Below, piece after piece: positions 49,226 through 58,968 of a stretch of DNA of 64,000 bases; position 1 is the first letter of the stretch, and each line of letters opens with the position of its first letter. The translations under genes were made by a program, and so were the position numbers. The DNA comes from Minisyncoccota bacterium (GTDB lineage: Bacteria; Patescibacteriota; Minisyncoccia; Phycocordibacterales; UBA9973). The notes under the pieces are model-generated. The model was not told the DNA's origin and did not search any database. It worked only from the letters and a program-made list of their open reading frames with translations. The stretch is taken from contig JBAYLA010000003.1 in assembly GCA_041664285.1 (NCBI GenBank), positions 4,684 through 68,683 of the forward strand. Reading direction: 5' to 3'.

Positions 49226-50422
49226 ATGGCAGCAGAAGAATTTAAAAGAGATAAGCCGCACATTAATGTCGGCACCATCGGTCACGTTGACCATGGAAAG
49301 ACCACTTTAACAGCTGCAATTTTGCATGTGTTAAGTATGGCTGGCAAGACCGTTCGTCTTCGAGGAGTTGATCAAATCGACAATGCTCCTGAAGAAAAAG
49401 CTAGAGGAATTACGATTAATATTTCTCATAACGAATATGCAACTGATGCTCGTCACTACGCACACATCGATGCTCCTGGACACGCGGACTACATTAAAAA
49501 CATGATTACTGGTGCCGCTCAAATGGACGGTGCTATTTTGGTGGTAGCAGCGACAGATGGCGCGATGCCTCAGACTCGTGAACACGTTCTTTTAGCAAAA
49601 CAAGTTGGGGTGCCAAAGATGATTGTTTTCTTGAACAAATGCGATATGGTTGATGATAAAGACATGATTGATATGGTTGAAGAAGAAATTCGTGAACTTC
49701 TTACTAAGCAAGGTTTTGACGGTGCTAATGCTCCTGTTATTCGTGGTTCAGCACTCAAAGCTCTTGAGTCCAAATCTGTGGATGATGAATGGGCAAAAAA
49801 GATTCTTGAATTAACAAATGCTCTTGATACTTATATTCCTGTTCCAGTTCGAGATACAGCTAAACCATTCCTTATGCCAGTTGAAGATATCTTTTCAATT
49901 GAAGGACGTGGTACTGTTGTAACTGGTAAAATTGACCGAGGAGTCATAAAAGTTGGAGAAGAAGTTGAAATCGTTGGAATTAAACCTACACAGAAAACAG
50001 TAGTGACTGGTATTGAAATGTTCAATAAAAATCTTCAAGAAGGTATGGCTGGAGACAATGCTGGAATTTTACTCCGAGGTCTCAAGAAAGAAGACATCAC
50101 TCGTGGACAAGTTTTAGCAAAACCAGGAACTGTTACTCCACACGATAACTTTACGGCTGAAATATATGTTTTGAAAAAAGAAGAGGGTGGACGTCATACG
50201 CCTTTCTTTAAAGGTTATAAGCCTCAGTTTTATATTCGTACAACAGACGTGACTGGTGATGTGACTTTGGCTGAAGGTACAGAAATGGTTATGCCAGGTG
50301 ATACAGTACAAATTACAGTAAAGTTAGTTACCCCAGTTGCTCTTGAAGAAACACAGAAGTTTGCTATTCGTGAAGGAGGCAAGACTGTCGGGGCAGGAGT
50401 CGTTATCAAAATTCTTGGTTAA
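49226..50422 (+). CDS. tuf: Elongation factor Tu
   Basis: [31 protein letters not shown]. Confidence 0.99.
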   Translation: MAAEEFKRDKPHINVGTIGHVDHGKTTLTAAILHVLSMAGKTVRLRGVDQIDNAPEEKARGITINISHNEYATDARHYAHIDAPGHADYIKNMITGAAQMDGAILVVAATDGAMPQTREHVLLAKQVGVPKMIVFLNKCDMVDDKDMIDMVEEEIRELLTKQGFDGANAPVIRGSALKALESKSVDDEWAKKILELTNALDTYIPVPVRDTAKPFLMPVEDIFSIEGRGTVVTGKIDRGVIKVGEEVEIVGIKPTQKTVVTGIEMFNKNLQEGMAGDNAGILLRGLKKEDITRGQVLAKPGTVTPHDNFTAEIYVLKKEEGGRHTPFFKGYKPQFYIRTTDVTGDVTLAEGTEMVMPGDTVQITVKLVTPVALEETQKFAIREGGKTVGAGVVIKILG

Positions 50423-50428
50423 AAAATA

Positions 50429-50471
50429 CCACAGGCCAAGCCTAAGGGAAACCCTTAGGCTTGGCCTGTGG
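50429..50471. other. Perfect 20-bp-stem hairpin between tuf and rpsJ
   Basis: CCACAGGCCAAGCCTAAGGG-AAA-CCCTTAGGCTTGGCCTGTGG, no following U tract. Confidence 0.8.
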
Positions 50472-50482
50472 AACAAAAGTTC

Positions 50483-50923
50483 ATGGCAACAACAGAAAAA
50501 AAAATAAAAAAACCAAAAGTGGCAAAAACCGCAGTAGAGAAATCTACAAAGATACCAAAAGTATCGAAGGTTTCTTCTAAAAAAGAAAAGTCTACTCACG
50601 CAAGTGGTAGCGAAAGTAAAATTATACTTCGTATCAGAGTTCGTGCTTACGAGAGTAAGATTTTAGATGCATCTGTTAAACAAATTATGGATACTGCTAT
50701 CCGTTACGATGCGCAAATAATAGGTCCTGTGCCACTACCAACTGAAATAAAAAAGTATACAGTCAATCGTTCTGCTTTTATTTACAAAAATACCAGAGAA
50801 CAATTTGAAATAAGAGTACACAAAAGATTAATTGACATTATAAATCCGAATGCAAAAACAGTAGAAGCTCTGACTAATCTAACATTACCTTCTGGTGTTG
50901 ATATTGATGTGAAAATGATGTAA
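50483..50923 (+). CDS. rpsJ: 30S ribosomal protein S10 with Lys-rich N-terminal extension
   Basis: RIRVRAY, GPVPLPT, REQFEIRVHKRLIDI, LPSGVDI. Confidence 0.96.
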   Translation: MATTEKKIKKPKVAKTAVEKSTKIPKVSKVSSKKEKSTHASGSESKIILRIRVRAYESKILDASVKQIMDTAIRYDAQIIGPVPLPTEIKKYTVNRSAFIYKNTREQFEIRVHKRLIDIINPNAKTVEALTNLTLPSGVDIDVKMM

Positions 50924-50949
50924 TACGAGTTTAACACCACAGCAAAAAT

Positions 50950-51564
50950 ATGAAATTTATATTAGGAACAAAAGAAAATATGGCAGAATACTTTTCCGAG
51001 ACAGGAGAAGTTATTCCAGTTTCTATTGTTTCTGCTCCACCAAGTGTTGTGACTAGAATTTTTGAGAAATCTAAAGATGGCTACAATTCTGTCCAAGTTG
51101 GGTTCGGAATACAAAAAAAGGAAAGAATTACAAAATCCCGAGCTGGCGCCATGAAAGGGGGTTTTTACAAAAACCTTAAAGAATTTAAACTAAAGAGTGC
51201 AGATACAATTAGTGTAAAAGAAGGCGACAACATTGATGTTTCTATTTTTGCTCCTGGTGATAAGATAATCGTATCTAGTATTTCTAAAGGTAAAGGTTTT
51301 CAAGGAGTCGTGAAGCGTCATGGTTTCAGCGGTGGACCACGTTCTCATGGACAGAAGCATTCAGAAAGGGAACCCGGAAGTATTGGAGGTGGACTTCGAA
51401 CTCACGTTCCAAAAGGAATGAGAATGGCAGGTAGAATGGGCGGAGATCGTATTACCCAGAAAAATCTTCAAGTTGTTTTTGTAGATAAAGAAAATAATTT
51501 AATTTTGATTAAGGGAGCAATTGCTGGTCGTCGTGGGACTTTAGTGGAAATAGTTAGTAGATAA
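50950..51564 (+). CDS. rplC: 50S ribosomal protein L3
   Basis: KGKGFQGVVKRHGF, GMRMAGRMG. Confidence 0.97.
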   Translation: MKFILGTKENMAEYFSETGEVIPVSIVSAPPSVVTRIFEKSKDGYNSVQVGFGIQKKERITKSRAGAMKGGFYKNLKEFKLKSADTISVKEGDNIDVSIFAPGDKIIVSSISKGKGFQGVVKRHGFSGGPRSHGQKHSEREPGSIGGGLRTHVPKGMRMAGRMGGDRITQKNLQVVFVDKENNLILIKGAIAGRRGTLVEIVSR

Positions 51565-51565
51565 T

Positions 51566-52252
51566 ATGGCAACAGCAAAAATACAAAATAAAATATCAGC
51601 AAAAATATACAACCAAAAAGGAGCCGAGGCTGGAGTCATTGATCTTCCCGCAAAAGTTTTTGCCGCTAAGTGGCGAGCAGATTTGGTGCATCAAGTGGTA
51701 GAGGGTATGCGTTCCAATAAACGTGCTGGCACAGCTGATACCAAGGATCGCGGAGAAGTACGTGGTGGTGGTAAGAAACCTTGGAAACAAAAGGGAACTG
51801 GCCGTGCCCGACATGGGTCTAGTAGAAGTCCTATTTGGGTTGGTGGAGGTGTTACCCACGGACCACTTGCTGAGAAAAATTATAAAAGAAAAATTTCTAA
51901 AAAGATGCGTGCTCAAGCATTATTTTCTGTACTTTCAAAAAAGTTTAAAGATGGAGAAATTATTTTTATTGATACGCTTTCAGTGTCTTCAATAAAAACA
52001 AAAAATGCAGTTGAAGTTATGAAAAGCCTAGCGAAAGCTTCTGGCTTGAAAGCACTTGGAGGTTCTAAGAAAGCTCGAGTTCTAACAGCCCTTTTTGGAC
52101 GCAACGAACAAGCAGAAAAGAGCTTTAGGAATTTACCACAGCTTGAAATAGTTTTCTTAAAGAATTTAAATCCGCTTGACGTTTTAAATCACCAATATCT
52201 TTTAATAGAGAATCCGGTCGAAAGTATAAAATTTTTAGAAAGCAGAGGATAG
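51566..52252 (+). CDS. rplD: 50S ribosomal protein L4
   Basis: GGGKKPWKQKGTGRARHGS. Confidence 0.97.
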   Translation: MATAKIQNKISAKIYNQKGAEAGVIDLPAKVFAAKWRADLVHQVVEGMRSNKRAGTADTKDRGEVRGGGKKPWKQKGTGRARHGSSRSPIWVGGGVTHGPLAEKNYKRKISKKMRAQALFSVLSKKFKDGEIIFIDTLSVSSIKTKNAVEVMKSLAKASGLKALGGSKKARVLTALFGRNEQAEKSFRNLPQLEIVFLKNLNPLDVLNHQYLLIENPVESIKFLESRG

Positions 52253-52283
52253 AGAATTTTTTAAAAAAATTTTTTAAAACGAC

Positions 52284-52553
52284 ATGACAACAATAATCAA
52301 AAATCCAAGAATCACCGAGAAAGCATCTTTTTCCCTTGAACAAAATGTTTATACTTTTGATATTACTGCTTCTGCTAATAAGACAGAAATAAAAAAAGCT
52401 ATCTTTGCACTCTATAAAGTAAAACCAATTAAAGTGAATGTCTTAACTATTCCTAGGAAAAAAATTATGTCCAAAGGCAAAGTTGGGAAAAAGGGTGGAG
52501 GTCGCAAAGCTTTTGTTTATTTAAAAAAGGGCGATAAGTTAGAATTTATATAG
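52284..52553 (+). CDS. rplW: 50S ribosomal protein L23
   Basis: PRITEKA, ANKTEIKKAI, KAFVYL. Confidence 0.95.
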   Translation: MTTIIKNPRITEKASFSLEQNVYTFDITASANKTEIKKAIFALYKVKPIKVNVLTIPRKKIMSKGKVGKKGGGRKAFVYLKKGDKLEFI

Positions 52554-52579
52554 TCTTTCAGTAGGCTCAAGATAAAATT

Positions 52580-53419
52580 ATGAAAACATATAAACCAACA
52601 ACAAAATCTCGAAGACAAATGACTAATGTGAATTACAGAGGAGTTTTGACCACTTCGACACCTACCAAATCTCTTACCCACGGCTTTAGACGCAGTGTAG
52701 GAAGAAATAGCGCAGGGCGTATTACCATGAGACACAAAGGCAGTGGGCACAAGCGTCTTTTCAGAGAAGTTGATTTTTTATATGACAAAAAAGAAATACC
52801 AGCAAAAATAAAAACTATCGAATACGATCCAAATCGCTCAGCTTTTATTGGATTGGCTGTTTACAAAGATGGAGAGAAAAGATATGTGGTTGTACCCAAG
52901 GCTGTCAAAGTAGGGGACTCTTTCATTGTCTCTGAAAAAGCAGAAATTAAAACAGGCAACAGGCTTCCTTTGAAAAGTATCCCAGTTGGAACCTTTGTTT
53001 ATAATGTTGAAATCAAAAGACACGGCGGTGCTAAGATTGGCCGTAGTGCAGGAATTTTTGCCCAAGTGGTCGCAAATGCTGATGGATATACCAATTTGAA
53101 AATGCCTTCAACCGAAGTAAGAAAAATAAATGAAAATTGCTGGGCTTGTGTCGGGACTGTTTCTAACGAAGAACATCACTTAGAAAATTACGGTAAAGCG
53201 GGCCGAAGTCGCTGGAAAGGAATTCGTCCGACTGTTCGTGGTACTGCGATGAACCCAGTAGATCATCCATACGGAGGGGGAGAAGGCAGACAAGGCAGAG
53301 GAACCAAAAGACCGAAAACAATGTGGGGTAAAGTGACTGGAGGAAGGAAAACCCGTAGTCCGAAGAAATATTCAAATGTATTTTTGGTCTCTCGTAGGAA
53401 AACTGGAAAGAATAAATAA
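52580..53419 (+). CDS. rplB: 50S ribosomal protein L2
   Basis: EYDPNRSA, RGTAMNPVDHPYGGGEG. Confidence 0.98.
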   Translation: MKTYKPTTKSRRQMTNVNYRGVLTTSTPTKSLTHGFRRSVGRNSAGRITMRHKGSGHKRLFREVDFLYDKKEIPAKIKTIEYDPNRSAFIGLAVYKDGEKRYVVVPKAVKVGDSFIVSEKAEIKTGNRLPLKSIPVGTFVYNVEIKRHGGAKIGRSAGIFAQVVANADGYTNLKMPSTEVRKINENCWACVGTVSNEEHHLENYGKAGRSRWKGIRPTVRGTAMNPVDHPYGGGEGRQGRGTKRPKTMWGKVTGGRKTRSPKKYSNVFLVSRRKTGKNK

Positions 53420-53428
53420 AAATAAACA

Positions 53429-53453
53429 AAAAACCTCCCAAACGGGAGGTTTT
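53429..53453 (+). terminator. Terminator after rplB
   Basis: AAAACCTCCC-AAAC-GGGAGGTTTT. Confidence 0.8.
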
Positions 53454-53581
53454 GTTTTCCCCCATATTTTATTGCCTTTTTCTATATAAATGGTATAAAC
53501 ATAAATGAATCTGCTCTTTGGTATTTTTTCTCTAGCCGGAGAAGCGGGTATCTTTAACTTTTTTTAAGGAGGGTTCCATAG

Positions 53582-53740
53582 ATGACAAAAAAAGAAAGGG
53601 TGGCGCGTATTAAAGCGCAAAACGATGCAGCCAAGAGGGCTATAGAGAAACAAAAGGCAATATCCAGAGCCACAACAGGAGGGTTATTGTTTACCACAAA
53701 TAAGAATCGGATTGAAGTCAAGAAATTCGTTCTTATCTGA
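53582..53740 (+). CDS. Small basic hypothetical protein (52 aa) inserted in the S10 operon
   Basis: MTKKERVARIKAQNDAAKRAIEKQKAISRATTGGLLFTTNKNRIEVKKFVLI; strong SD AAGGAGG; upstream TTGCCT/TATAAA promoter-like pair. Confidence 0.65.
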   Translation: MTKKERVARIKAQNDAAKRAIEKQKAISRATTGGLLFTTNKNRIEVKKFVLI

Positions 53741-53826
53741 TGGAGTTGTTAATTTTAGTAAAGTTAAGGTTTCCGAGTAAGTTGTTTGGAAGTCTTACGA
53801 ATTTTTAATTCAAGGTATCTTTTTTA

Positions 53827-53860
53827 CGGAGGTTTCAACATTTTATCGTTGAGACCTCCG
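53827..53860 (+). terminator. Terminator-like hairpin after the small ORF
   Basis: CGGAGGTTTCAAC...GTTGAGACCTCCG followed by AGCTTTTTT. Confidence 0.7.
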
Positions 53861-53997
53861 AGCTTTTTTATATCTCCAAACGGCTCATTTCCCACTGTTT
53901 GAGCCATTCACTGTTTTACTTGCATTTTTATATATATTTGTTAGTATGATTTAAGGCTCAAATGAGAGCCATTTTGTTTATATAAGAAGAAAAATTC

Positions 53998-54345
53998 ATG
54001 ACCAGAAGTATCAAAAAAGGATTATATGTCGACGAAAGGCTCTTAAAAAAGATTGCCGGTAAAAACCCGTTGCAGACTCCAATGGTGAAGACTTGGAAAA
54101 GAGCTTGCGTGATTTCTCCCGAGATGCTTGGTTTCACTTTCGGTGTTTATAATGGCAAAGTTCATGTGGAAGTTTTAGTGACTGAAGATATGGTAGGTCA
54201 CAGACTTGGAGAATTTTCTCCAACCAAGAAATTTATGAAACATGGAGGAAAGATGCAGAAAGAGCTTGAACAAAAGAAAAAAGAAGCAGAAATAACAGCT
54301 GCTAAAGGGGCGACCGCAGCTGCAGCTGACGCTAAGAAAAAATAA
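53998..54345 (+). CDS. rpsS: 30S ribosomal protein S19
   Basis: RSIKKG, MVGHRLGEFSPT. Confidence 0.97.
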   Translation: MTRSIKKGLYVDERLLKKIAGKNPLQTPMVKTWKRACVISPEMLGFTFGVYNGKVHVEVLVTEDMVGHRLGEFSPTKKFMKHGGKMQKELEQKKKEAEITAAKGATAAAADAKKK

Positions 54346-54356
54346 TTATCAAAACA

Positions 54357-54749
54357 ATGAAAGCATTTTTAAAAAACTACAGACAATCTCCAAGAAAAGT
54401 TCGTTTAGTCGCGGAACTTATCAAAGGTAAAAAAGTATCCGAGGCAATTGCGGAGCTTGATTTTTTAGCTAAACGCGCAGGATTACCGATTAAGAAGCTT
54501 TTACTCTCTGCTGTAGCTAATGCAAAAAGTACTGGAGTAGAAGTAGAGAACTTATTTGTAAAAGAATTGCGAGTAGACAAAGGTATTACCATGAAGAGAA
54601 TGATGCCGGCAGCGATGGGTACAGGACACCGAATAAACAAACGCACTAGCCACCTCAACCTTCTTTTAGCAGAAAAAGTTGTCGCTGTAAAAAAATCCCG
54701 CGGTCATAAACCTAAGGGCGAAACAAAAGCTAAAAAAGCAAATAAATAA
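54357..54749 (+). CDS. rplV: 50S ribosomal protein L22
   Basis: SPRKVRLV, SAVANA, KRTSH. Confidence 0.97.
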   Translation: MKAFLKNYRQSPRKVRLVAELIKGKKVSEAIAELDFLAKRAGLPIKKLLLSAVANAKSTGVEVENLFVKELRVDKGITMKRMMPAAMGTGHRINKRTSHLNLLLAEKVVAVKKSRGHKPKGETKAKKANK

Positions 54750-54753
54750 TTTT

Positions 54754-55503
54754 ATGTCAAAAATAGTTCACCCATATGCACATAGATTGATAATACTGAG
54801 AGACTGGAAGTCTCGTTGGTTTGCTGATCCGAAAAAATATATCTCTTATTTAAAAGGGGATGTTTTAATACGTCAATATTTAGAAAAGAAATTACGAGGG
54901 ATGTATGTTTCTAGTATTGAAATTGAAAGAAGCCGAAAAGCTACTCGTTTTATAATTAAAACTTCTCGCCCAGGCCTTCTGATTGGCAGAAGTGGTGAAG
55001 GAGCGACTAAACTTAAAGAAGACATTTTAAAGAAAATGGATAAGTTAAAATTAGTCCGACCAGAAGACTTCAAACTTGAAATTGTAGAAGTTTCAAATCC
55101 AGAAGCTGATGCCGCTATTGTTGCTTATATGATTGCCGAAGGATTAGAAAAAAGAATGCCTTATCGCCGAGTCATCAAGCAAATTATAGAAAAAGTTATG
55201 CAGACCAACGGCGTTGAAGGTGCCAGGATTGTGTTATCAGGTCGTTTGGGTGGAGCTGAAATTGCTCGTACTGAAGAGCTGAAGCGTGGCTCTATTCCAC
55301 TTCAGAGTTTTAGGGCAGATATTGATTTCAAACGTGAACGTGCGACCCTTTCATATGGTGTGGTTGGTATAAAAGTTTGGATTTATCGTGGTAAAATTTT
55401 TGCTGACAAGAAACCCGCACGCAGTACTTATGTTTCTGCTGGTGCAGCTGATGCAAAAGAGAACGCTTCCGGTTCATTAAAAGGTTTAGAAAAGACAGAT
55501 TAA
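54754..55503 (+). CDS. rpsC: 30S ribosomal protein S3
   Basis: RPGLLIG, SGRLGGAEIAR, GVVGIKVWI. Confidence 0.97.
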   Translation: MSKIVHPYAHRLIILRDWKSRWFADPKKYISYLKGDVLIRQYLEKKLRGMYVSSIEIERSRKATRFIIKTSRPGLLIGRSGEGATKLKEDILKKMDKLKLVRPEDFKLEIVEVSNPEADAAIVAYMIAEGLEKRMPYRRVIKQIIEKVMQTNGVEGARIVLSGRLGGAEIARTEELKRGSIPLQSFRADIDFKRERATLSYGVVGIKVWIYRGKIFADKKPARSTYVSAGAADAKENASGSLKGLEKTD

Positions 55504-55506
55504 TTT

Positions 55507-55935
55507 ATGTTAACTCCTAAAAAAGTAAAATTTAGAAAATGGCAAACTGGACGTTCAAATCCAAAAGCACGAACTGCAGATACTCGTGGCGTTAAATTGG
55601 CTTTTGGTTCTTTTGGTTTAAAATCTGAAACTCAAGCACGCATAAAGTCAACTCAAATTGAATCTGCTCGAAAAGTTATTTCTCGTACCTTAACCAAAAC
55701 TGGTAAATATTGGATTCGTATTTTTCCAGACCGTCCTTTTACTTCTAAGGCAGCTGAGGTGGGCATGGGAAAAGGGAAAGGGGATCCACAAGGATATTGT
55801 TTTGATGTTTTACCAGGACGAATTATTTTCGAAGTAGATGGAGTGGATGAAGCTATCGCTCGTGAAGCTTTACGAAAAGCAGGCAGTAAGCTTCCAATTA
55901 AAACTCGAATTGTTTCGAGAGCCCATAAACAATAA
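55507..55935 (+). CDS. rplP: 50S ribosomal protein L16
   Basis: WIRIFPD, MGKGKG, KLPIKT. Confidence 0.97.
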   Translation: MLTPKKVKFRKWQTGRSNPKARTADTRGVKLAFGSFGLKSETQARIKSTQIESARKVISRTLTKTGKYWIRIFPDRPFTSKAAEVGMGKGKGDPQGYCFDVLPGRIIFEVDGVDEAIAREALRKAGSKLPIKTRIVSRAHKQ

Positions 55936-55938
55936 TAT

Positions 55939-56127
55939 ATGAAAAACAACAAAGTAAATTTCAAAGAAATGAAAAAAGATGAATTAGAAAAGAAATTAAT
56001 TTCTTTAAGAGAAGAAATTAGAGTTATAAAATTTAGAACAGAAGGTTCAAAATCAAAAAATGTTAAAGAACTTGCGACCCTAAGAAAACAAATTGCTAAG
56101 GTCTTAACTGAAATAAATAAAAAATAA
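55939..56127 (+). CDS. rpmC: 50S ribosomal protein L29
   Basis: [10 protein letters not shown]; position between rplP and rpsQ. Confidence 0.92.
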   Translation: MKNNKVNFKEMKKDELEKKLISLREEIRVIKFRTEGSKSKNVKELATLRKQIAKVLTEINKK

Positions 56128-56131
56128 TTAT

Positions 56132-56413
56132 ATGGCAAATAAAGTAAAAAAAGAAATAACAGAAAAGAAAGGCAATATTTTAAAAGGTGTTGTTGTTTCT
56201 GATAAAATGGACAAGACCATTGTTGTTTCTGTGTCCAGATTTGTTAAGCATCCACTTTATGGAAAATTTTATAAAATCAGCAAAAAATACAAAGCACACG
56301 ATAGCAATAATCAATTTAAAATAGGTGATAAAGTAGAAATAGTTGAAACTCGACCAATTTCTAAAGATAAAAGATTTAAAGTAGTTACCCACGCTAAAGC
56401 GGGGCAAGAATAA
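56132..56413 (+). CDS. rpsQ: 30S ribosomal protein S17
   Basis: [24 protein letters not shown]. Confidence 0.97.
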   Translation: MANKVKKEITEKKGNILKGVVVSDKMDKTIVVSVSRFVKHPLYGKFYKISKKYKAHDSNNQFKIGDKVEIVETRPISKDKRFKVVTHAKAGQE

Positions 56414-56417
56414 TTTT

Positions 56418-56789
56418 ATGATTCAAAATGAAACTTTAGTAAAAATAACAGACAATGCTGGAGGCACCGTTGGAAAGGTGTTTAAGATTTTAGGGTCTTC
56501 TAAGAAAAGATATGCCAGACTTGGCGAGTTGGTTATTATTTCTGTAAAAGTGGCTAGTCCTAGAAAGGGAGTTAAAAAGAAAGATGTTCATCAAGCTGTA
56601 GTTGTGCGTACCAGAGGTGCCTATAGACGTAAAGATGGTTCCTATATTCGTTTTGATGATAATGCTGTAGTTATTTTAGAAAAAGGAAAGAAAGATCCGA
56701 AAGCTGGTCGCGTCTTTGGCCCGATTCCGAGAGAATTAGCTGAGAAAGGATTCCAGAAAATAATTTCTTTAGCACAAGAAGTAATTTAA
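56418..56789 (+). CDS. rplN: 50S ribosomal protein L14
   Basis: RFDDNAVV, RVFGPIPREL. Confidence 0.97.
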   Translation: MIQNETLVKITDNAGGTVGKVFKILGSSKKRYARLGELVIISVKVASPRKGVKKKDVHQAVVVRTRGAYRRKDGSYIRFDDNAVVILEKGKKDPKAGRVFGPIPRELAEKGFQKIISLAQEVI

Positions 56790-56799
56790 TAATAAATTT

Positions 56800-57018
56800 A
56801 TGAAAATCAAAAAAGGAGATAATGTAAAAATTATTACTGGTAAAGACAAAGGAAAATCTGGAAAGATTGTCCGTGTTTTAGTTAAAGAAAATAAAGTGGT
56901 GGTAGAAGGATTGAATATGATGAAGAAACATCAGCGTCCCAGAAAAACTAACGAGAAAGGAAGTATGGTTAATATAGCTATGCCTATTGCTGCTTCTAAT
57001 GTTAAAAAAGTAGAATAA
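56800..57018 (+). CDS. rplX: 50S ribosomal protein L24 (short form)
   Basis: KKGDNV..ITGKDKGK, VEGLN, SNV. Confidence 0.94.
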   Translation: MKIKKGDNVKIITGKDKGKSGKIVRVLVKENKVVVEGLNMMKKHQRPRKTNEKGSMVNIAMPIAASNVKKVE

Positions 57019-57035
57019 TTTATCAAAAGAAATAT

Positions 57036-57602
57036 ATGAAACATTTAACCGTAAAAGAAAAAGAAAAGGAAAGTTTTGAAAAAATGAAAAGTGTTTTTCA
57101 TTACAAAAACGCCTTAGCCACACCAAAGATGGAAAAGATTGTCATCAATGTTGGTACTGGAACGATGGTGAAAAAAGATAAGAATAAAAATGAAGCCATT
57201 GGTGATCGTTTAGCAAAAATTACTGGTCAAAAGACTGCTTTACGTGGAGCCAAACAATCTATCTCATCTTTCAAAATTCGTCAGGGTGACCCTGTTGGAG
57301 TGGTGGTTACCTTACGTGGTAAAAGAATGTATGTCTTTTTAGAAAAGCTTATTAATATTGCTCTTCCTCGAACTAAAGACTTTAGAGGTATTAATCGTAA
57401 TGCTGTAGACAATATTGGCAATCTTACTATCGGTATAAAGGAACATACAATCTTTCCAGAAACAGCAGATGAAGATATCAGAGATATTTTTGGAATGTCT
57501 ATCACCTTAGTTTCTTCTGCTAAAAATAAAAAAGAAGGTACAGCCTTTTTTGAAATTTTAGGTATTCCTTTTAAGAAAGAAGAGGATTCTAAGAAGAAAT
57601 AA
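57036..57602 (+). CDS. rplE: 50S ribosomal protein L5
   Basis: KIVINVG, ITGQK, LPRTKDFRG, IFPE. Confidence 0.97.
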   Translation: MKHLTVKEKEKESFEKMKSVFHYKNALATPKMEKIVINVGTGTMVKKDKNKNEAIGDRLAKITGQKTALRGAKQSISSFKIRQGDPVGVVVTLRGKRMYVFLEKLINIALPRTKDFRGINRNAVDNIGNLTIGIKEHTIFPETADEDIRDIFGMSITLVSSAKNKKEGTAFFEILGIPFKKEEDSKKK

Positions 57603-57645
57603 AGTCAAACCCCCACACCTTTTAAAAAGGTGTGGGGGTTTGACT
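57603..57645. repeat. Palindromic repeat family B, copy after rplE
   Basis: AGTCAAACCCCCACACCTTTT-A-AAAAGGTGTGGGGGTTTGACT perfect 21-bp arms. Confidence 0.85.
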
Positions 57646-57781
57646 AATCTATGTTTTTTTGTTAGTATCTTAGGTAAGGGAAGATAGCTTTAATTAATCC
57701 ATTTTTCTCCTTTAACTCTTTATTTGTAAAGATTTAAAGAAAAAAAGTGAGATATTGTAAGGCTTTCCCATATATTATTTT

Positions 57782-57967
57782 ATGGCTAAAACATCAGTTG
57801 TCGCAAGAAGTAAAAAGAAACCTAAATTTTCTACTCGAGCTAAGAATCGATGTTTTCGCTGTGGCCGAGGAAATGCTTTTATGAGGGACTTCGGCTTGTG
57901 TCGTATTTGTTTTAGAGAATTAGCAAACGAAGGAATGTTGCCAGGAGTTAGGAAATCAAGTTGGTAG
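57782..57967 (+). CDS. rpsN: 30S ribosomal protein S14, Zn-binding type Z
   Basis: RCFRCGR...LCRICFRE; GVRKSSW. Confidence 0.97.
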   Translation: MAKTSVVARSKKKPKFSTRAKNRCFRCGRGNAFMRDFGLCRICFRELANEGMLPGVRKSSW

Positions 57968-57988
57968 TTAAACAAGTTCACTAAATTT

Positions 57989-58375
57989 ATGGATTCAATT
58001 TCAAACATGATAATAATAATGAAGAACGGATCACTTGCAGGCAAGGAGTCTGTATTAATTCCATATTCAAAGATGAAAAATGCTATTGGTGAGTGTTTGA
58101 AAAAAGCAGGATATATTTCTGAAATTTCCAAAAAAGTAAAAAAAGGTCAGCCTTTGTTGGAAGTGGGTTTGATTTACATAGACAAGAAACCAAAAATTAC
58201 AGAAGTAGAAAGAATTTCTAAGCAGTCCAGACGAGTTTACTTTGGGATGAAGGATATTCATTCTGTCCGAAACGGGACAGGGATACTTGTGCTTTCAACG
58301 CCTAAAGGGATTTTATCAGGGAAAGAAGCTCGCAAGGAGCAAGTCGGAGGAGAAGCATTATTCAGGCTTTGGTAA
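57989..58375 (+). CDS. rpsH: 30S ribosomal protein S8
   Basis: ISKQSRRVY, LSTPKGI, VGGE. Confidence 0.96.
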   Translation: MDSISNMIIIMKNGSLAGKESVLIPYSKMKNAIGECLKKAGYISEISKKVKKGQPLLEVGLIYIDKKPKITEVERISKQSRRVYFGMKDIHSVRNGTGILVLSTPKGILSGKEARKEQVGGEALFRLW

Positions 58376-58407
58376 TTGGAATAAATTAAATTTTATAAAG
58401 AAAATAT

Positions 58408-58941
58408 ATGAGTAGAATAGGCAAACAAGAAATACAAATACCAGCAGGAGTCAAAGTCACCCAAGATGGCAATACTGTTACAGTTGTTGGGCCAAAGGGT
58501 ACCTTGAGTAGAGTTTTTAGAGATGATATTACGATTATTATTTCTGATAAAAATATAACTTTGAATATAAAAAGGAACGATAAGTTTTCCAAGTCTCTTT
58601 GGGGTACTTATGCTTCTCATCTAAAAAATATGATTGTGGGAGTAGTCACACCATATCAAAAGAAATTAATTTTAGAAGGGGTGGGGTTCAAGTCAGAAGT
58701 TAAAGGCAAAGAATTTAATTTTGCTTTAGGGTTTTCTCATCCAGTGATTGTTAAAATACCAGAAGGCATTACTGCGACTGCTGAGAAAAATAACATTACG
58801 ATTACCGGAATTGATAAGGAATTAGTTGGAAGTTTTACAGCAGCCATTCGCGCCTTGAAAAAGCCTGAGCCTTATAAGGGTAAAGGTATGCGTTACGAAG
58901 GTGAAGTTATAAGAAGAAAACAAGGTAAAAAGACAGTATAG
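58408..58941 (+). CDS. rplF: 50S ribosomal protein L6
   Basis: MSRIGK, LGFSH, PEPYKGKG. Confidence 0.97.
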   Translation: MSRIGKQEIQIPAGVKVTQDGNTVTVVGPKGTLSRVFRDDITIIISDKNITLNIKRNDKFSKSLWGTYASHLKNMIVGVVTPYQKKLILEGVGFKSEVKGKEFNFALGFSHPVIVKIPEGITATAEKNNITITGIDKELVGSFTAAIRALKKPEPYKGKGMRYEGEVIRRKQGKKTV

Positions 58942-58968
58942 TATAGTTAAAAAAGTTCATAAATTAAA

